Part shown: positions 1 through 8,263 of the stretch, in pieces
How positions within the stretch are numbered: position 1 is the first letter of the stretch
How the letters are laid out: every line of letters starts with the position of its first letter
Assembly: GCA_023459915.1 (NCBI GenBank)
Contig: JAEWSN010000170.1
Coordinates: forward strand, 5,508 to 69,507
Direction of reading: 5' to 3'
Length of the DNA stretch: 64,000 nucleotides
From: Bacillota bacterium
GTDB lineage: Bacteria > Bacillota > Clostridia > DSM-8532
Made by a program: the position numbers and the translations under genes
Notes under the pieces: model-generated
Told to the model about the DNA's origin: nothing
Seen by the model: the letters and a program-made list of their open reading frames with translations, nothing else
Databases searched by the model: none

Positions 1-466
1 CCCGTTTGTCGCCATCATCCCCGTTTGCGCGCTGCGCGCGGAGACGCGCGATCTCGTGATGGGCGAGGTGGAAAAACTGTTGCCGGAGGGGCAGCCCTAC
101 TTCCCGGAAGACACCCTGACCGATCAGCCTGAAAAGGTGATTGCACAGGAGATGATCCGGGAAAAAATACTCCAGCTGCTCTCCGACGAGGTACCGCACG
201 GCACGGGCGTCGAGGTGTTGCAATACAAGGAAAACGGCAACAACGGCGTTTTGGAGATCGACGCCAACATCTACTGCGAAAGGGATTCCCACAAGGGCAT
301 CCTCATCGGCAAGGGCGGCGTGATGCTCAAGCGCATCGGTTCCCTGGCGCGTCAGGACATCGAGCGGTTCACCGGCCGCAAGGTGTTTCTGCGACTGTGG
401 GTCAAGGTGCGGGAAGATTGGCGTGACAACGAGCTGACGCTCGGCGAGCTGGGGTATCGCTCATGA
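1..466 (+). CDS. era: GTPase Era, C-terminal part (5' end lies upstream of the window)
   Basis: The frame is open from the window edge. The KH-domain C-terminus (HKGILIGKGGVMLKRIGSLARQDIE...LWVKVREDWRDNE) is diagnostic of Era. The stop overlaps the next start (ATGA at 463-466). Confidence 0.9.
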   Translation, partial: PFVAIIPVCALRAETRDLVMGEVEKLLPEGQPYFPEDTLTDQPEKVIAQEMIREKILQLLSDEVPHGTGVEVLQYKENGNNGVLEIDANIYCERDSHKGILIGKGGVMLKRIGSLARQDIERFTGRKVFLRLWVKVREDWRDNELTLGELGYRS

Positions 467-1287
467 CGGTCAGAACCAAGGCGCTTGTGCTGCGGGCCAT
501 TCCCGTCGGGGACAATGACCGGCTGCTGACGATGCTCAGCGGGGAGCATGGGGTCATTTCGGTGTCCGCGCGCGGTGCGTCCCGGAGCGGCAGCCGCATG
601 GCGGCCATGGCGCAACCCCTCATGTACGGCGAGTTCATGCTGTTTCGCGGCAACACGCGGTTCAGCCTCAACAGCGGAGACATCCTCGCGTCCTTCTTCA
701 ACCTGGCGCTGGAACCGTCCAGGTACGAAATTGCCGTCCGGATGCTTGGCTACGCGGAGGACGCGGGCATGGTGCCGGAGGCGGCGTCCGAGGTGCTGAC
801 CCTCACGCTGCACATGCTCCGGCGGATGCTGCCGGACAACAAAGTCAGCCTGGCACCGGAGCTTGTCGCCGCGGCGTTCCAGCTCAAGCTTGCGCAGATA
901 GGGGGTCTGGCGCCGCATGTCACGGGTTGTGTCCGCTGCGGCACCACCGCCATCGACGAGATTCGGTTCAGCCAGGAGGCAGGCGGGTTTCTCTGTGAGG
1001 CCTGCCTGCCGGAAGACCCTTCCGCCGTCGGAATTTCACCCGGGGTGGCCAAGGCCATGCTGTATGTGATGTGCGCCCCCGTGGAAACCCTGTTCCGCTT
1101 CGATCTGGAACCGGCCGTGGCGGAGGCGTTCATTCGTCTGGTCACGGACTACATGGCCAGACGCTGGGAGTCCCGCCGCCGTCAGGGCCCGTCCCTGTAC
1201 GAAACGGGCAGCCTTCCAGAGGCGGTTCCGCGTGAAGCAGCGCAATCCCGGGAAGCGGCACCGCGCTGGCAGGCAGACCAAACGTGA
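463..1287 (+). CDS. recO: DNA repair protein RecO
   Basis: 274-aa ORF. It has an N-terminal OB-fold signature (TKALVLRAIPVGDNDRLLTMLSGEHGVISVSARGA) and a Cys4 zinc motif (CVRCG...CEAC). It shows the classic era-recO adjacency with an ATGA overlap. Confidence 0.9.
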   Translation: MTVRTKALVLRAIPVGDNDRLLTMLSGEHGVISVSARGASRSGSRMAAMAQPLMYGEFMLFRGNTRFSLNSGDILASFFNLALEPSRYEIAVRMLGYAEDAGMVPEAASEVLTLTLHMLRRMLPDNKVSLAPELVAAAFQLKLAQIGGLAPHVTGCVRCGTTAIDEIRFSQEAGGFLCEACLPEDPSAVGISPGVAKAMLYVMCAPVETLFRFDLEPAVAEAFIRLVTDYMARRWESRRRQGPSLYETGSLPEAVPREAAQSREAAPRWQADQT

Positions 1288-1343
1288 CACAACCGGATGG
1301 CCCATCGTGGCGAATAAACGGAAAAGCGTATCGAGGAGGCAAC

Positions 1344-1628
1344 ATGAAGCACTTGTTCAGTTCCGGTGAGATCATGAATCACCAGCACGAGAGAATGCTG
1401 GCGGAGGGAAAGCTCGTCGCCGAGACACTGGAATACGGAGAAGTGGGCGAGGGCACGGAATATGCCTGTCACGGCACGTTGGAGGGGAACCCGGTCACCG
1501 TGCGTTTCACGCTCGACACGGAAAGCCAGCAGCATGTCGATTTCCGTCATATGCTGGGCATACTGATGCAGAGCGACATCTATGAGGGGGTGTGGAACCC
1601 CGGATATGTGGTGGAACCGGTGCGCTGA
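1344..1628 (+). CDS. hypothetical 94-aa protein
   Basis: ATG at 1344 lies 4-5 nt after a GAGGAGG RBS. I recognise no family. The next gene starts 19 nt after its stop. Confidence 0.5.
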   Translation: MKHLFSSGEIMNHQHERMLAEGKLVAETLEYGEVGEGTEYACHGTLEGNPVTVRFTLDTESQQHVDFRHMLGILMQSDIYEGVWNPGYVVEPVR

Positions 1629-1647
1629 ACAGAGCAAGGAGGGCAGG

Positions 1648-2802
1648 GTGGACGAACAGAAGCTCCGGGGATTGCTGGCCATGGAGGAAGGCCCCAAGCT
1701 CGATTTCAAGGCCGAGCTCCATTTGTCCACGGAGGGCGCGAAAAAGGAACTGGTCAAGGATGTCATCGCCATGGCCAACACACGGGGCGGCCGGGGATAC
1801 ATCCTTTTCGGCGTGGAGGACAAAACCCGAAAACTGCTTGGCCTGCGGCGGAACAGTCCGCAGGAGGAACGCATCCAGCAAATTGTCTACAGCCGCAGCA
1901 ATCCGCCCGTACCCATCCAGGTTGAGATGGAACAGGTGGATGGTTGCAATGTGCTGGTGTTGACCGTTTTCAGGAGCCAGCACCGGCCGCACCAGATGCT
2001 GCAGACCGGTGCGTTCTACATTCGCCGCGGCTCCACGACGGATGTCGCCCGTCGGGATGAATTGGCGGGCATGCTCCAGGAGAACGGACTGTTCACCTTC
2101 GAGACCGTTCCCGTCACAAGCGCGGACACCGACGAGCTCGAGGCCGACAGGCTGGCGGCCTACGTCGGCAAGCTGCCCGCGGAGGCGCAGAGACCTTCCG
2201 AAACCTTGCTCGAGGCGCTGGGATTTCTGGCCGAACACGGCAATGGACATCTGGTGCCGACCATCGGCGGGCTGCTCCTGTTCGGCAGGCATCCGGAAGT
2301 CCATTTCCCGCAGCATCACATCCGCATCACCTGCGGTGAATGGGTTGAGGTGGTTCACGGCTGCATTCCGCGCATGCTTGATGACGCGCTGCGGATTGCC
2401 GGGCGGATGATAGGCGACTCAAGATGGCCGCTGGAGGCCCTTGAGGAAGCGCTGGCCAATGCCCTGGCACACCGGGACTATCTGGATTGGGGCCGGGGCA
2501 TCGAGGTGAACATTTCAGAAAAGCATGTGGAGGTGACCAATCCCGGCGCCATGCGCGACGGCAACGGCATGGTCCGCCGCTGGGACCGCAATGACGCCAC
2601 CCGCCGCAACCCCTGGCTGTACCAGCGGTTGCTGGGGATGGACGTGATGAACCGGTTCCATCGCACGCGGATGGGCGCCAAACGCATCATGCAGGAGCTG
2701 GAGCGGTACGGCCCGGTTCATTTCATCAATCTCGGGGATCGCAACCTGTTCAAGGTGGTCATGCCGGGGCCGGGTGAAAAAATGGATGCGGATATGCCGT
2801 AG
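1648..2802 (+). CDS. AlbA_2/Schlafen-type divergent-AAA putative DNA-binding protein with a RecG-like C-terminal (HATPase_c_4-like) half
   Basis: GTG at 1648 follows AAGGAGGG. The N-terminus (GPKLDFKAEL...ELVKDVIAMANTRGGRGYILFGVEDKTRKLLGL) matches the AlbA_2 'putative DNA-binding domain'. The remainder resembles the C-terminal part of RecG-like putative transcriptional regulators. Confidence 0.7.
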   Translation: MDEQKLRGLLAMEEGPKLDFKAELHLSTEGAKKELVKDVIAMANTRGGRGYILFGVEDKTRKLLGLRRNSPQEERIQQIVYSRSNPPVPIQVEMEQVDGCNVLVLTVFRSQHRPHQMLQTGAFYIRRGSTTDVARRDELAGMLQENGLFTFETVPVTSADTDELEADRLAAYVGKLPAEAQRPSETLLEALGFLAEHGNGHLVPTIGGLLLFGRHPEVHFPQHHIRITCGEWVEVVHGCIPRMLDDALRIAGRMIGDSRWPLEALEEALANALAHRDYLDWGRGIEVNISEKHVEVTNPGAMRDGNGMVRRWDRNDATRRNPWLYQRLLGMDVMNRFHRTRMGAKRIMQELERYGPVHFINLGDRNLFKVVMPGPGEKMDADMP

Positions 2803-2904
2803 CGGCAAGACAGACAGCCGGGCTTGCCCGCCACAGATGCCGCAATGGCAAGACAGACACCCGGGCTGATGCGACGCGTTTGCCGGACGGGCGGAGAGGG
2901 AAGC

Positions 2905-5154
2905 ATGAAACTGGAAGCCGGAGTTCGTGAAAAAATCGAGCAGGTGTTTGCGCTGGCCGTGTCACAGGGGCGCCGCATGCTCTACGAGTTCGAAGTGTAC
3001 GCGGTCCTGGAGGCGCTGGGCTTGTCCGCGCCCCGCTTCGCGTATGTGCGCGACATCCATGAGGTGGATGACGCGCTGCTCAAGCGGTTCAGCGGGCAGG
3101 CTGTCGTCAAGATTGTGTCTCCGGATCTCGCGCACAAGTCCAAATACGGCGGCGTGAAGCGCATCGATCACCTCGATCCGCTGTTCGTCCGGTTTGTGCT
3201 CCATCACATGCGGGAAGAGGTGCTCTCCCATTTCCCGCGCGACAGGCGGCCGGCCATCGACGGGTTTCTCATCGTCGAGACCATTCCGTTCACACAGGCG
3301 CTGGGGAATGAAATTCTCATCGGCGTCAAGGAGGACCCGTCCTTCGGCCCCGTGCTCACCCTGTCCAAGGGCGGCGATGACGCGGAGTTTTTCGCGGCCC
3401 ATTATGATCCGGCCAATCTGCTGATTGCGCCCATTGCGGAAGAAGAGGCGCTGTCGCTGGTCCGGGGCACGAAGATCCGGCACCGGTATGAGCAGATGGG
3501 CCGCAAGGAAGCCTGCGGCCAAATCGCGCACGCCCTGTTCGAGATTGGCCGGCTGGCGGGCACCTACGCGTTCACGGCGGAGGGCGCGCCGCCCTACCAC
3601 ATCCGGTCCATGGACATCAACCCGTTTGTCTTTGCGGACACCGGCAGATTTGTCGCGGTGGACGGCTTCCTGGAGTTCGCCCTGGCCGGAGAGCGGCCGG
3701 CGGAGCTGGTTCCGCTGTCGCGTGCCGGCCTGGAGGGATTCTTTTCGCCCAAGGGCATCGTGGTGGCCGGTGTCTCCAGTGACGCGGGGCGCTACAGCCT
3801 GGCCCGAAGCATCGTACAGCTGCTGCGGGACATCGGCCGGGAGGACATCCACTGTGTGAACCCCAAGGGCGGCACCGCGGTTGTCGGCAAATACACCTGC
3901 CCGCTGTACCCGTCCATGGCGGACATTCCCGAACCGTACGATCTCGTGGTCTATGCGGCGCCGGCAAAGAACACGCTGGCCTTCCTGGAAACCGTGCCCA
4001 ACGACAAGTCCGTGATTCTCATCTCCGGCATTCCGGCGGAAACCGGCTATCCGGAGTTCGCCGCGGAAATCCGCCGGCACCGCGCCCGCGGCCTGCGGTT
4101 TGTGGGGCCCAACTGCATGGGCATCTTCCTTGCGCCGGACGGGAGGCGTGCCGGTGTGAACACCCTGTTCATCGGGGAGGAACGGCTGCGCCTGTCCCAT
4201 GGCCCCTCAAGCAACACCGCGCTGTTCACGCAAAGCGGCGCCATGGGCATCACGTCCATCGAGCGCACGCAGAACCTGCCCATCTTTAAAACCATTGTCA
4301 GCTTTGGCAACAAGGTGGATGTGGACATCCCGGACCTGATGAACCATTTCGCCGCAGACCCGGACATCCGGCTGATGGCGATGTACATCGAAGGCCTCAA
4401 CGCGCATGAGGGCCGCCGGCTGTTTGAGGCGGCCAAGGCCATCGACAAACCGCTGATTGTCTACAAGGGCGGTCGGACGGAGGCGGGCGCGAAGGCGGCG
4501 GCCTCCCACACGGCCTCGATGTCCGGCAGCTATGACGTGTTCCGCGCCGGCTGCGTGCAGGCAGGCATCCTGCTGATGGAGGAGCTGACCGATTTCTACA
4601 ACCTGATGAAGGTGTTCGCCATGCAGGCCGACACGCCGCCCAAGGGCAGCCATGTCGGCGGCATTGTCAACGCCGGGCTCGACGCCACCATGGGGGCAGA
4701 CACCCTGGAATCGCTGTCCCAGGCGCAGCTGCACCCGGAGACAAGGGAACGGCTGGCCCGCATCAATACCCACGGACTGGTGGATCTCGGCACCTCGTTC
4801 CTGGACGTGACGCCCATGACCGATGACCGCATGTTTGTGGATTTTGTGGACGCGATTCTGTCGGATCCCGGTGTGGATTGCGCGTTTGTCGCGATTGTGC
4901 CGCATATCGAGAATCTCAAGACCACCGATGATGTGTGCCGGGAACCCGACGCGCTGGCGCCGATGCTGGTGGAGACGGTACGGCGGCACGGGAAGCCCGT
5001 CGTGGTGTCCATCAACTCGGGCAACCATTATCAGGAGCTGGTTCGGGTGTTCGAGGAGAACGGGCTGCCGGTGTATTCGGACATCCGCTCGGCCATCAAG
5101 GCGCTCGACGTGTTCACCGCCTGGCACATGCGCGCGGTGCAGTGCCGTCTTTAG
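2905..5154 (+). CDS. ADP-forming acyl/acetyl-CoA synthetase (NDP-forming), fused beta-alpha order
   Basis: ATG at 2905 follows GGAGAGGG. Domain order is an ATP-grasp part (VVKIVSPDLAHKSKYGGV), then a CoA-binding part (GIVVAGVSSD...), then a succinyl-CoA-ligase-like part with the phosphohistidine loop AAASHTASMSGS. Confidence 0.85.
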   Translation: MKLEAGVREKIEQVFALAVSQGRRMLYEFEVYAVLEALGLSAPRFAYVRDIHEVDDALLKRFSGQAVVKIVSPDLAHKSKYGGVKRIDHLDPLFVRFVLHHMREEVLSHFPRDRRPAIDGFLIVETIPFTQALGNEILIGVKEDPSFGPVLTLSKGGDDAEFFAAHYDPANLLIAPIAEEEALSLVRGTKIRHRYEQMGRKEACGQIAHALFEIGRLAGTYAFTAEGAPPYHIRSMDINPFVFADTGRFVAVDGFLEFALAGERPAELVPLSRAGLEGFFSPKGIVVAGVSSDAGRYSLARSIVQLLRDIGREDIHCVNPKGGTAVVGKYTCPLYPSMADIPEPYDLVVYAAPAKNTLAFLETVPNDKSVILISGIPAETGYPEFAAEIRRHRARGLRFVGPNCMGIFLAPDGRRAGVNTLFIGEERLRLSHGPSSNTALFTQSGAMGITSIERTQNLPIFKTIVSFGNKVDVDIPDLMNHFAADPDIRLMAMYIEGLNAHEGRRLFEAAKAIDKPLIVYKGGRTEAGAKAAASHTASMSGSYDVFRAGCVQAGILLMEELTDFYNLMKVFAMQADTPPKGSHVGGIVNAGLDATMGADTLESLSQAQLHPETRERLARINTHGLVDLGTSFLDVTPMTDDRMFVDFVDAILSDPGVDCAFVAIVPHIENLKTTDDVCREPDALAPMLVETVRRHGKPVVVSINSGNHYQELVRVFEENGLPVYSDIRSAIKALDVFTAWHMRAVQCRL

Positions 5155-5268
5155 TCTTCACGGCGTCTGAACTTGTGAAGACACACCTGCTCTATGGATT
5201 TCAGAAAACAATGGCCAAACTCGCCATTCTTTTCTGAAAAAGAGCAGGAAGTGTCTTCACGGCGTCTG
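5154..5268. repeat. long imperfect palindrome flanked by a 16-nt direct repeat
   Basis: GTCTTCACGGCGTCTG occurs at 5154-5169 and 5253-5268. Arms of about 40 nt at 5175-5214 and 5222-5260 are complementary with about 2 mismatches around a 7-nt loop (CAAACTC). The element starts at the stop codon of the upstream gene. Confidence 0.85.
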
Positions 5269-5272
5269 GGCT

Positions 5273-5301
5273 TTACAGATGTTTCCTCTCTGTGGTAGAA
5301 T
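5273..5301 (+). promoter_or_regulatory. candidate sigma-A promoter for the T-box/aroF-pheA operon
   Basis: TTACAG (5273-5278), 17-nt spacer, then TAGAAT (5296-5301) with a TGg extended -10. Confidence 0.45.
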
Positions 5302-5319
5302 GCAGAAAACATATCGGCA

Positions 5320-5616
5320 AACGCGATGACGGGGAAAAGTACCCAGACAAACCCTCCCAGGGAGAAGCGGTCCAGACTGAAAGCCGCTTTGAGGATACCT
5401 TTGGCGAAGTTCACCCCGGAGTGGTTCAGCGGAAAGAGGCATGGCCTCCGGTAGGTTGAAACGGAGCTTCCACCGTCACAGGGAAGAGGATATCGATTGG
5501 GTTGGCCGCCATGTGGCCGCGCCTGTTCCGTATCCGGCAAGTGCCCCGCCTCAGCGGGGAATCTGGGTGGTACCGCGGAGTCTTTCGTCCCTTGTTTGGG
5601 AGGAAAGGCTCTTTTT
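5320..5616 (+). promoter_or_regulatory. T-box leader (tRNA-sensing riboswitch), probable Phe specifier, with intrinsic terminator
   Basis: GCGATGA (5323-5329) and AAAAGTA (5335-5341) form the stem-I base motifs. The specifier-loop candidate is GAAG-TTC-A at 5406-5413, directly before CCCC that pairs with GGGG at 5331-5334. The invariant T-box sequence AATCTGGGTGGTACCGCGG lies at 5560-5578. The terminator stem is 5578-5591 with 5598-5611, followed by TTTTT at 5612-5616. Confidence 0.8.
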
Positions 5617-5641
5617 GATCGCGCTGAAGGAGGAAAAGGAC

Positions 5642-6655
5642 ATGATTGTGATTTTGAAACAGGGAATTGACAGGCAGCAGGTGGAGGACGTGTGCGCCTG
5701 GCTGGAGACGCAGTCAGTCAAGGCCAGCCCCATCTACGGCTCCGGCACGGTCATCATCGGGCTGGTCGGGGACACCTCGGGCATCGACATGGCCCAGGTG
5801 GAGATGCACGAGGCCGTTGAACGCGTCATGAAGGTGCAGGAACCGTACAAGAAGGCCAACCGCAAGTTCCACCCGGACGATTCGCTGGTGGGTGTGGGCG
5901 ACCATCTGTTCGGCGACAACCGGGTGCTGGTCATTGCCGGGCCCTGCTCGGTGGAATCCGAGGAGCAGATTGTGACGCTGGCCGAACAGGTCAAGGCGGC
6001 GGGCGCAACGGCGCTGCGGGGCGGGGCGTTCAAACCCCGAACCTCTCCCTACGCGTTCCAGGGGCTGCGTGCCGAGGGGCTGATGTATCTGAAGAAGGCC
6101 CGTGAGAAAACCGGCCTGCCCATTGTGTCTGAGATCACCAATCTCACGTACCTGGACATGTTCATGGAGTATGTGGATGTGGTGCAGGTGGGTGCCCGCA
6201 ACATGCAGAACTTTGAGATGCTCAAGGAGCTGGGACGTTCCGGCAAGGCGGTGCTGCTCAAGCGGGGCTTCGCCAATACGCTCGAGGAACTGCTGATGGC
6301 GGCCGAGTATGTGATGAGCATGGGCAATGAGCGCATCATCCTGTGCGAGCGCGGCATCCGCACCTTTGAAACCGCAACCAGGAACACGCTCGACGTTTCC
6401 GCTGTCCCCGTGCTCAAACGCCTGTCGCATCTGCCGGTGGTGGTGGATCCCAGTCACGCGGCCGGCATGGCCTGGCTGGTGGAACCGCTCTCGAAGGCGG
6501 CGGTGGCCGTCGGTGCGGACGGGCTGGAGGTTGAGGTGCACAACGATCCGGCACACGCGCTGTCGGACGGTCAGCAGTCCCTGACCCCGGAAGCCTTTGC
6601 CCAGCTGATGAAACGGCTGGCGCCGGTGGCGCAGGCGGTGGGGCGGACCCTGTGA
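5642..6655 (+). CDS. aroF: 3-deoxy-7-phosphoheptulonate (DAHP) synthase, type I-beta with N-terminal ferredoxin-like domain
   Basis: ATG at 5642 follows GAAGGAGG. The sequence MIVILKQG...GPCSVESEEQ...LRGGAFKPRTSPYAFQGL...LLKRGF...VVDPSHA resembles Thermotoga-type DAHPS. The upstream part of the track ORF (5441-5641) is the T-box leader. Confidence 0.9.
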   Translation: MIVILKQGIDRQQVEDVCAWLETQSVKASPIYGSGTVIIGLVGDTSGIDMAQVEMHEAVERVMKVQEPYKKANRKFHPDDSLVGVGDHLFGDNRVLVIAGPCSVESEEQIVTLAEQVKAAGATALRGGAFKPRTSPYAFQGLRAEGLMYLKKAREKTGLPIVSEITNLTYLDMFMEYVDVVQVGARNMQNFEMLKELGRSGKAVLLKRGFANTLEELLMAAEYVMSMGNERIILCERGIRTFETATRNTLDVSAVPVLKRLSHLPVVVDPSHAAGMAWLVEPLSKAAVAVGADGLEVEVHNDPAHALSDGQQSLTPEAFAQLMKRLAPVAQAVGRTL

Positions 6656-6689
6656 CGGATCGGCGCAACGCAAGGGAGACAGGAGGAAC

Positions 6690-7832
6690 ATGATGGAAGG
6701 AACCGAAGGACTGGCGCGGGAGATCGCGGCGTCGCTGGAGGCGTATCTGGAAACGCTGCGCAGGCAATGGGTTGCCACCGGCGCGGCAGTCATGGGTGGC
6801 AGCCGGGTGGCGGCCATGGATCGTTCCGCGCCCGGTGAAATGCCACTGCCGCCTTATGTGAAGCCGGCGCTCACCCCGCATTTGCAGAATCTCATCCGGC
6901 GTGTCAACGAGGTGATCCGCGAGCAGGCGTACACCGAACAGTTCGCCATGGATCCGGACTGGGCCTTCGGCCGCCGGGTGCTGCAGGCCAGGAGCCGCAC
7001 CCTGTCCATCCGGTCGGTGGCCTTTCTCGGGAAAACGGGATCGCATTCGCATCGGAGCGCGCTGCTGCAATATCCGGATGCGGACATGCATCCGGTTGCC
7101 TCGTTTGCCGAGGCCTGCCGGATGGTGCTGGCCGGGGAGGTGGACGCGGCGGTGCTGCCCATCGACAACTCCACCGCGGGAACCATCGGGGATGTCTACG
7201 ACCTGCTGCTGCGCCACGACCTGCATATTGTCAGGGGGGCGTCCCTGTCCATCCGCAATGTCCTGCTGGGCATTCCCGGCGCTTCCGTGGCGGATGTCCG
7301 GGAGGTGTGGACGCATCCCCAGCCCATTGTGCAGTGTGCCGGGTTCATCCGGGAAAAGGGGCTGCGCGCGGTGGCCATGGAGAGCACGGCGGTGGCCGCG
7401 GACGCGGTTTCAAAAGCCGGCGATCCGGCCGTGGCGGCCATCGGGTCAAGGGACGCGGCGCAGATGTATGGCCTGACCGTCCTGGCGGACGACATTGACG
7501 ACGCGCCGACCAACCAAACCCGCTTTGTCACGGTGGCCCGTGAGTTTGTCATCCCGCCGCTGGCCACCCGGGCCAGCCTGGTGTTCACCCTGCCACATGA
7601 AAGCGGGGCGTTGTCCGGGGTGCTGTCCCGGCTGGCGGACTTCGGGCTGAACGTGGCCAAGATTCAGTCCCGGCCCATTCCGCACCATGCCTGGGAATAC
7701 AGCTTCCATCTGGATTTCGAGAGCGGCGCGGACAATGTGAAGGCGCTCGAGGCACTGTACATGCTCGATCATGAACTGCCCTATCTGAAGCTGTTGGGAT
7801 GGTATCCCGAGCAGCTTGGCACGATGGGGTAG
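6690..7832 (+). CDS. pheA: prephenate dehydratase (PDT + ACT domains) with an unassigned N-terminal extension of about 100 aa
   Basis: AGGAGG RBS. PDT motifs are present (VAFLGKTGSHSH..., LPIDNSTAGTIGDVYDLL, NQTRFVTV), followed by an ACT domain (ESGALSGVLSRLADFGLNVAKIQSRP). Confidence 0.9.
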   Translation: MMEGTEGLAREIAASLEAYLETLRRQWVATGAAVMGGSRVAAMDRSAPGEMPLPPYVKPALTPHLQNLIRRVNEVIREQAYTEQFAMDPDWAFGRRVLQARSRTLSIRSVAFLGKTGSHSHRSALLQYPDADMHPVASFAEACRMVLAGEVDAAVLPIDNSTAGTIGDVYDLLLRHDLHIVRGASLSIRNVLLGIPGASVADVREVWTHPQPIVQCAGFIREKGLRAVAMESTAVAADAVSKAGDPAVAAIGSRDAAQMYGLTVLADDIDDAPTNQTRFVTVAREFVIPPLATRASLVFTLPHESGALSGVLSRLADFGLNVAKIQSRPIPHHAWEYSFHLDFESGADNVKALEALYMLDHELPYLKLLGWYPEQLGTMG

Positions 7833-7856
7833 CCGGGTTGTCGGGACAACAGAAAC

Positions 7857-7926
7857 TTACTCGAAAACTGAAACCGCTCGAACACAGAAACCACACGAAC
7901 ACAGAAAACCACTCGAAAAAAACAGA
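7857..7926. repeat. A/C-rich 17-18-nt tandem repeat after the pheA stop
   Basis: The run is ...CTCGAAAACTGAAA CCGCTCGAACACAGAAA CCACACGAACACAGAAAA CCACTCGAAAAAAACAGA. That is 3-4 degenerate units beginning about 25 nt after the pheA stop. Confidence 0.7.
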
Positions 7927-7958
7927 CCACCGGGACGCAATGCCCGGGGTCTGTTTTC
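7914..7958. terminator. bidirectional rho-independent terminator (pheA / oadG-like convergent)
   Basis: AAAAAAA-ACAGACC(A)CCGGG-loop-CCCGGGGTCTGT-TTTT. The stem is flanked by an A-run and a T-run. Confidence 0.8.
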
Positions 7959-7983
7959 ACGTAACACAAGCGGATGACGGCGG

Positions 7984-8139
7984 TCAGTCCTCCGTGCCTT
8001 CTTCGGAGGGCTTCTCCTTGATGCGATCGAGCAGGACAACGATGATATAGAACAGGATGAGGGCGCTGAACACGCCCACCAGTCCCAAGCCGGACACTTC
8101 AAGTCCCAGGAGGACATCTTGCCAGTTTGTATTGAACAT
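7984..8139 (-). CDS. OadG-like small membrane subunit (51 aa, below the ORF-track cutoff)
   Basis: Hand translation gives MFNTNWQDVLLGLEVSGLGLVGVFSALILFYIIVVLLDRIKEKPSEEGTED. It has a single TM segment plus a charged tail, as in gamma subunits of Na+-translocating decarboxylases. It lies downstream of the beta subunit on the same strand. Confidence 0.55.
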   Translation of the reverse strand: MFNTNWQDVLLGLEVSGLGLVGVFSALILFYIIVVLLDRIKEKPSEEGTED

Positions 8140-8263
8140 GGGAACCTACCTTTCCACAGGCCGTTGCCTGCTTGTTGTGCGGGTGGCGGGCCACCCGCGG
8201 GAATCCGTCCGGACCGGTTGCGCCGGACGGGTCATCAATGATGTCAATGCCGTCAAAACCGAA

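Noticed and set aside
5441-5641. N-terminal 67 codons of the track ORF for aroF
   Set aside because: This stretch contains the T-box sequence and its terminator. The real start is ATG 5642, with a GAAGGAGG RBS and an N-terminus (MIVILK...) matching Thermotoga-type DAHP synthases.
6690-7000. Chorismate mutase domain fused to PheA (P-protein)
   Set aside because: The extension lacks the AroQ helix pattern and conserved Arg/Lys residues. I report it only as an unassigned extension.
8140-8263. Terminator between oadB and the OadG-like ORF (hairpins GCGGGTGG-CGGG-CCACCCGC and CGTCCGG-N10-CCGGACG)
   Set aside because: Stable hairpins exist, but neither is followed by a U-run on the minus strand. 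I cannot decide whether they terminate, attenuate or just stabilise the transcript.
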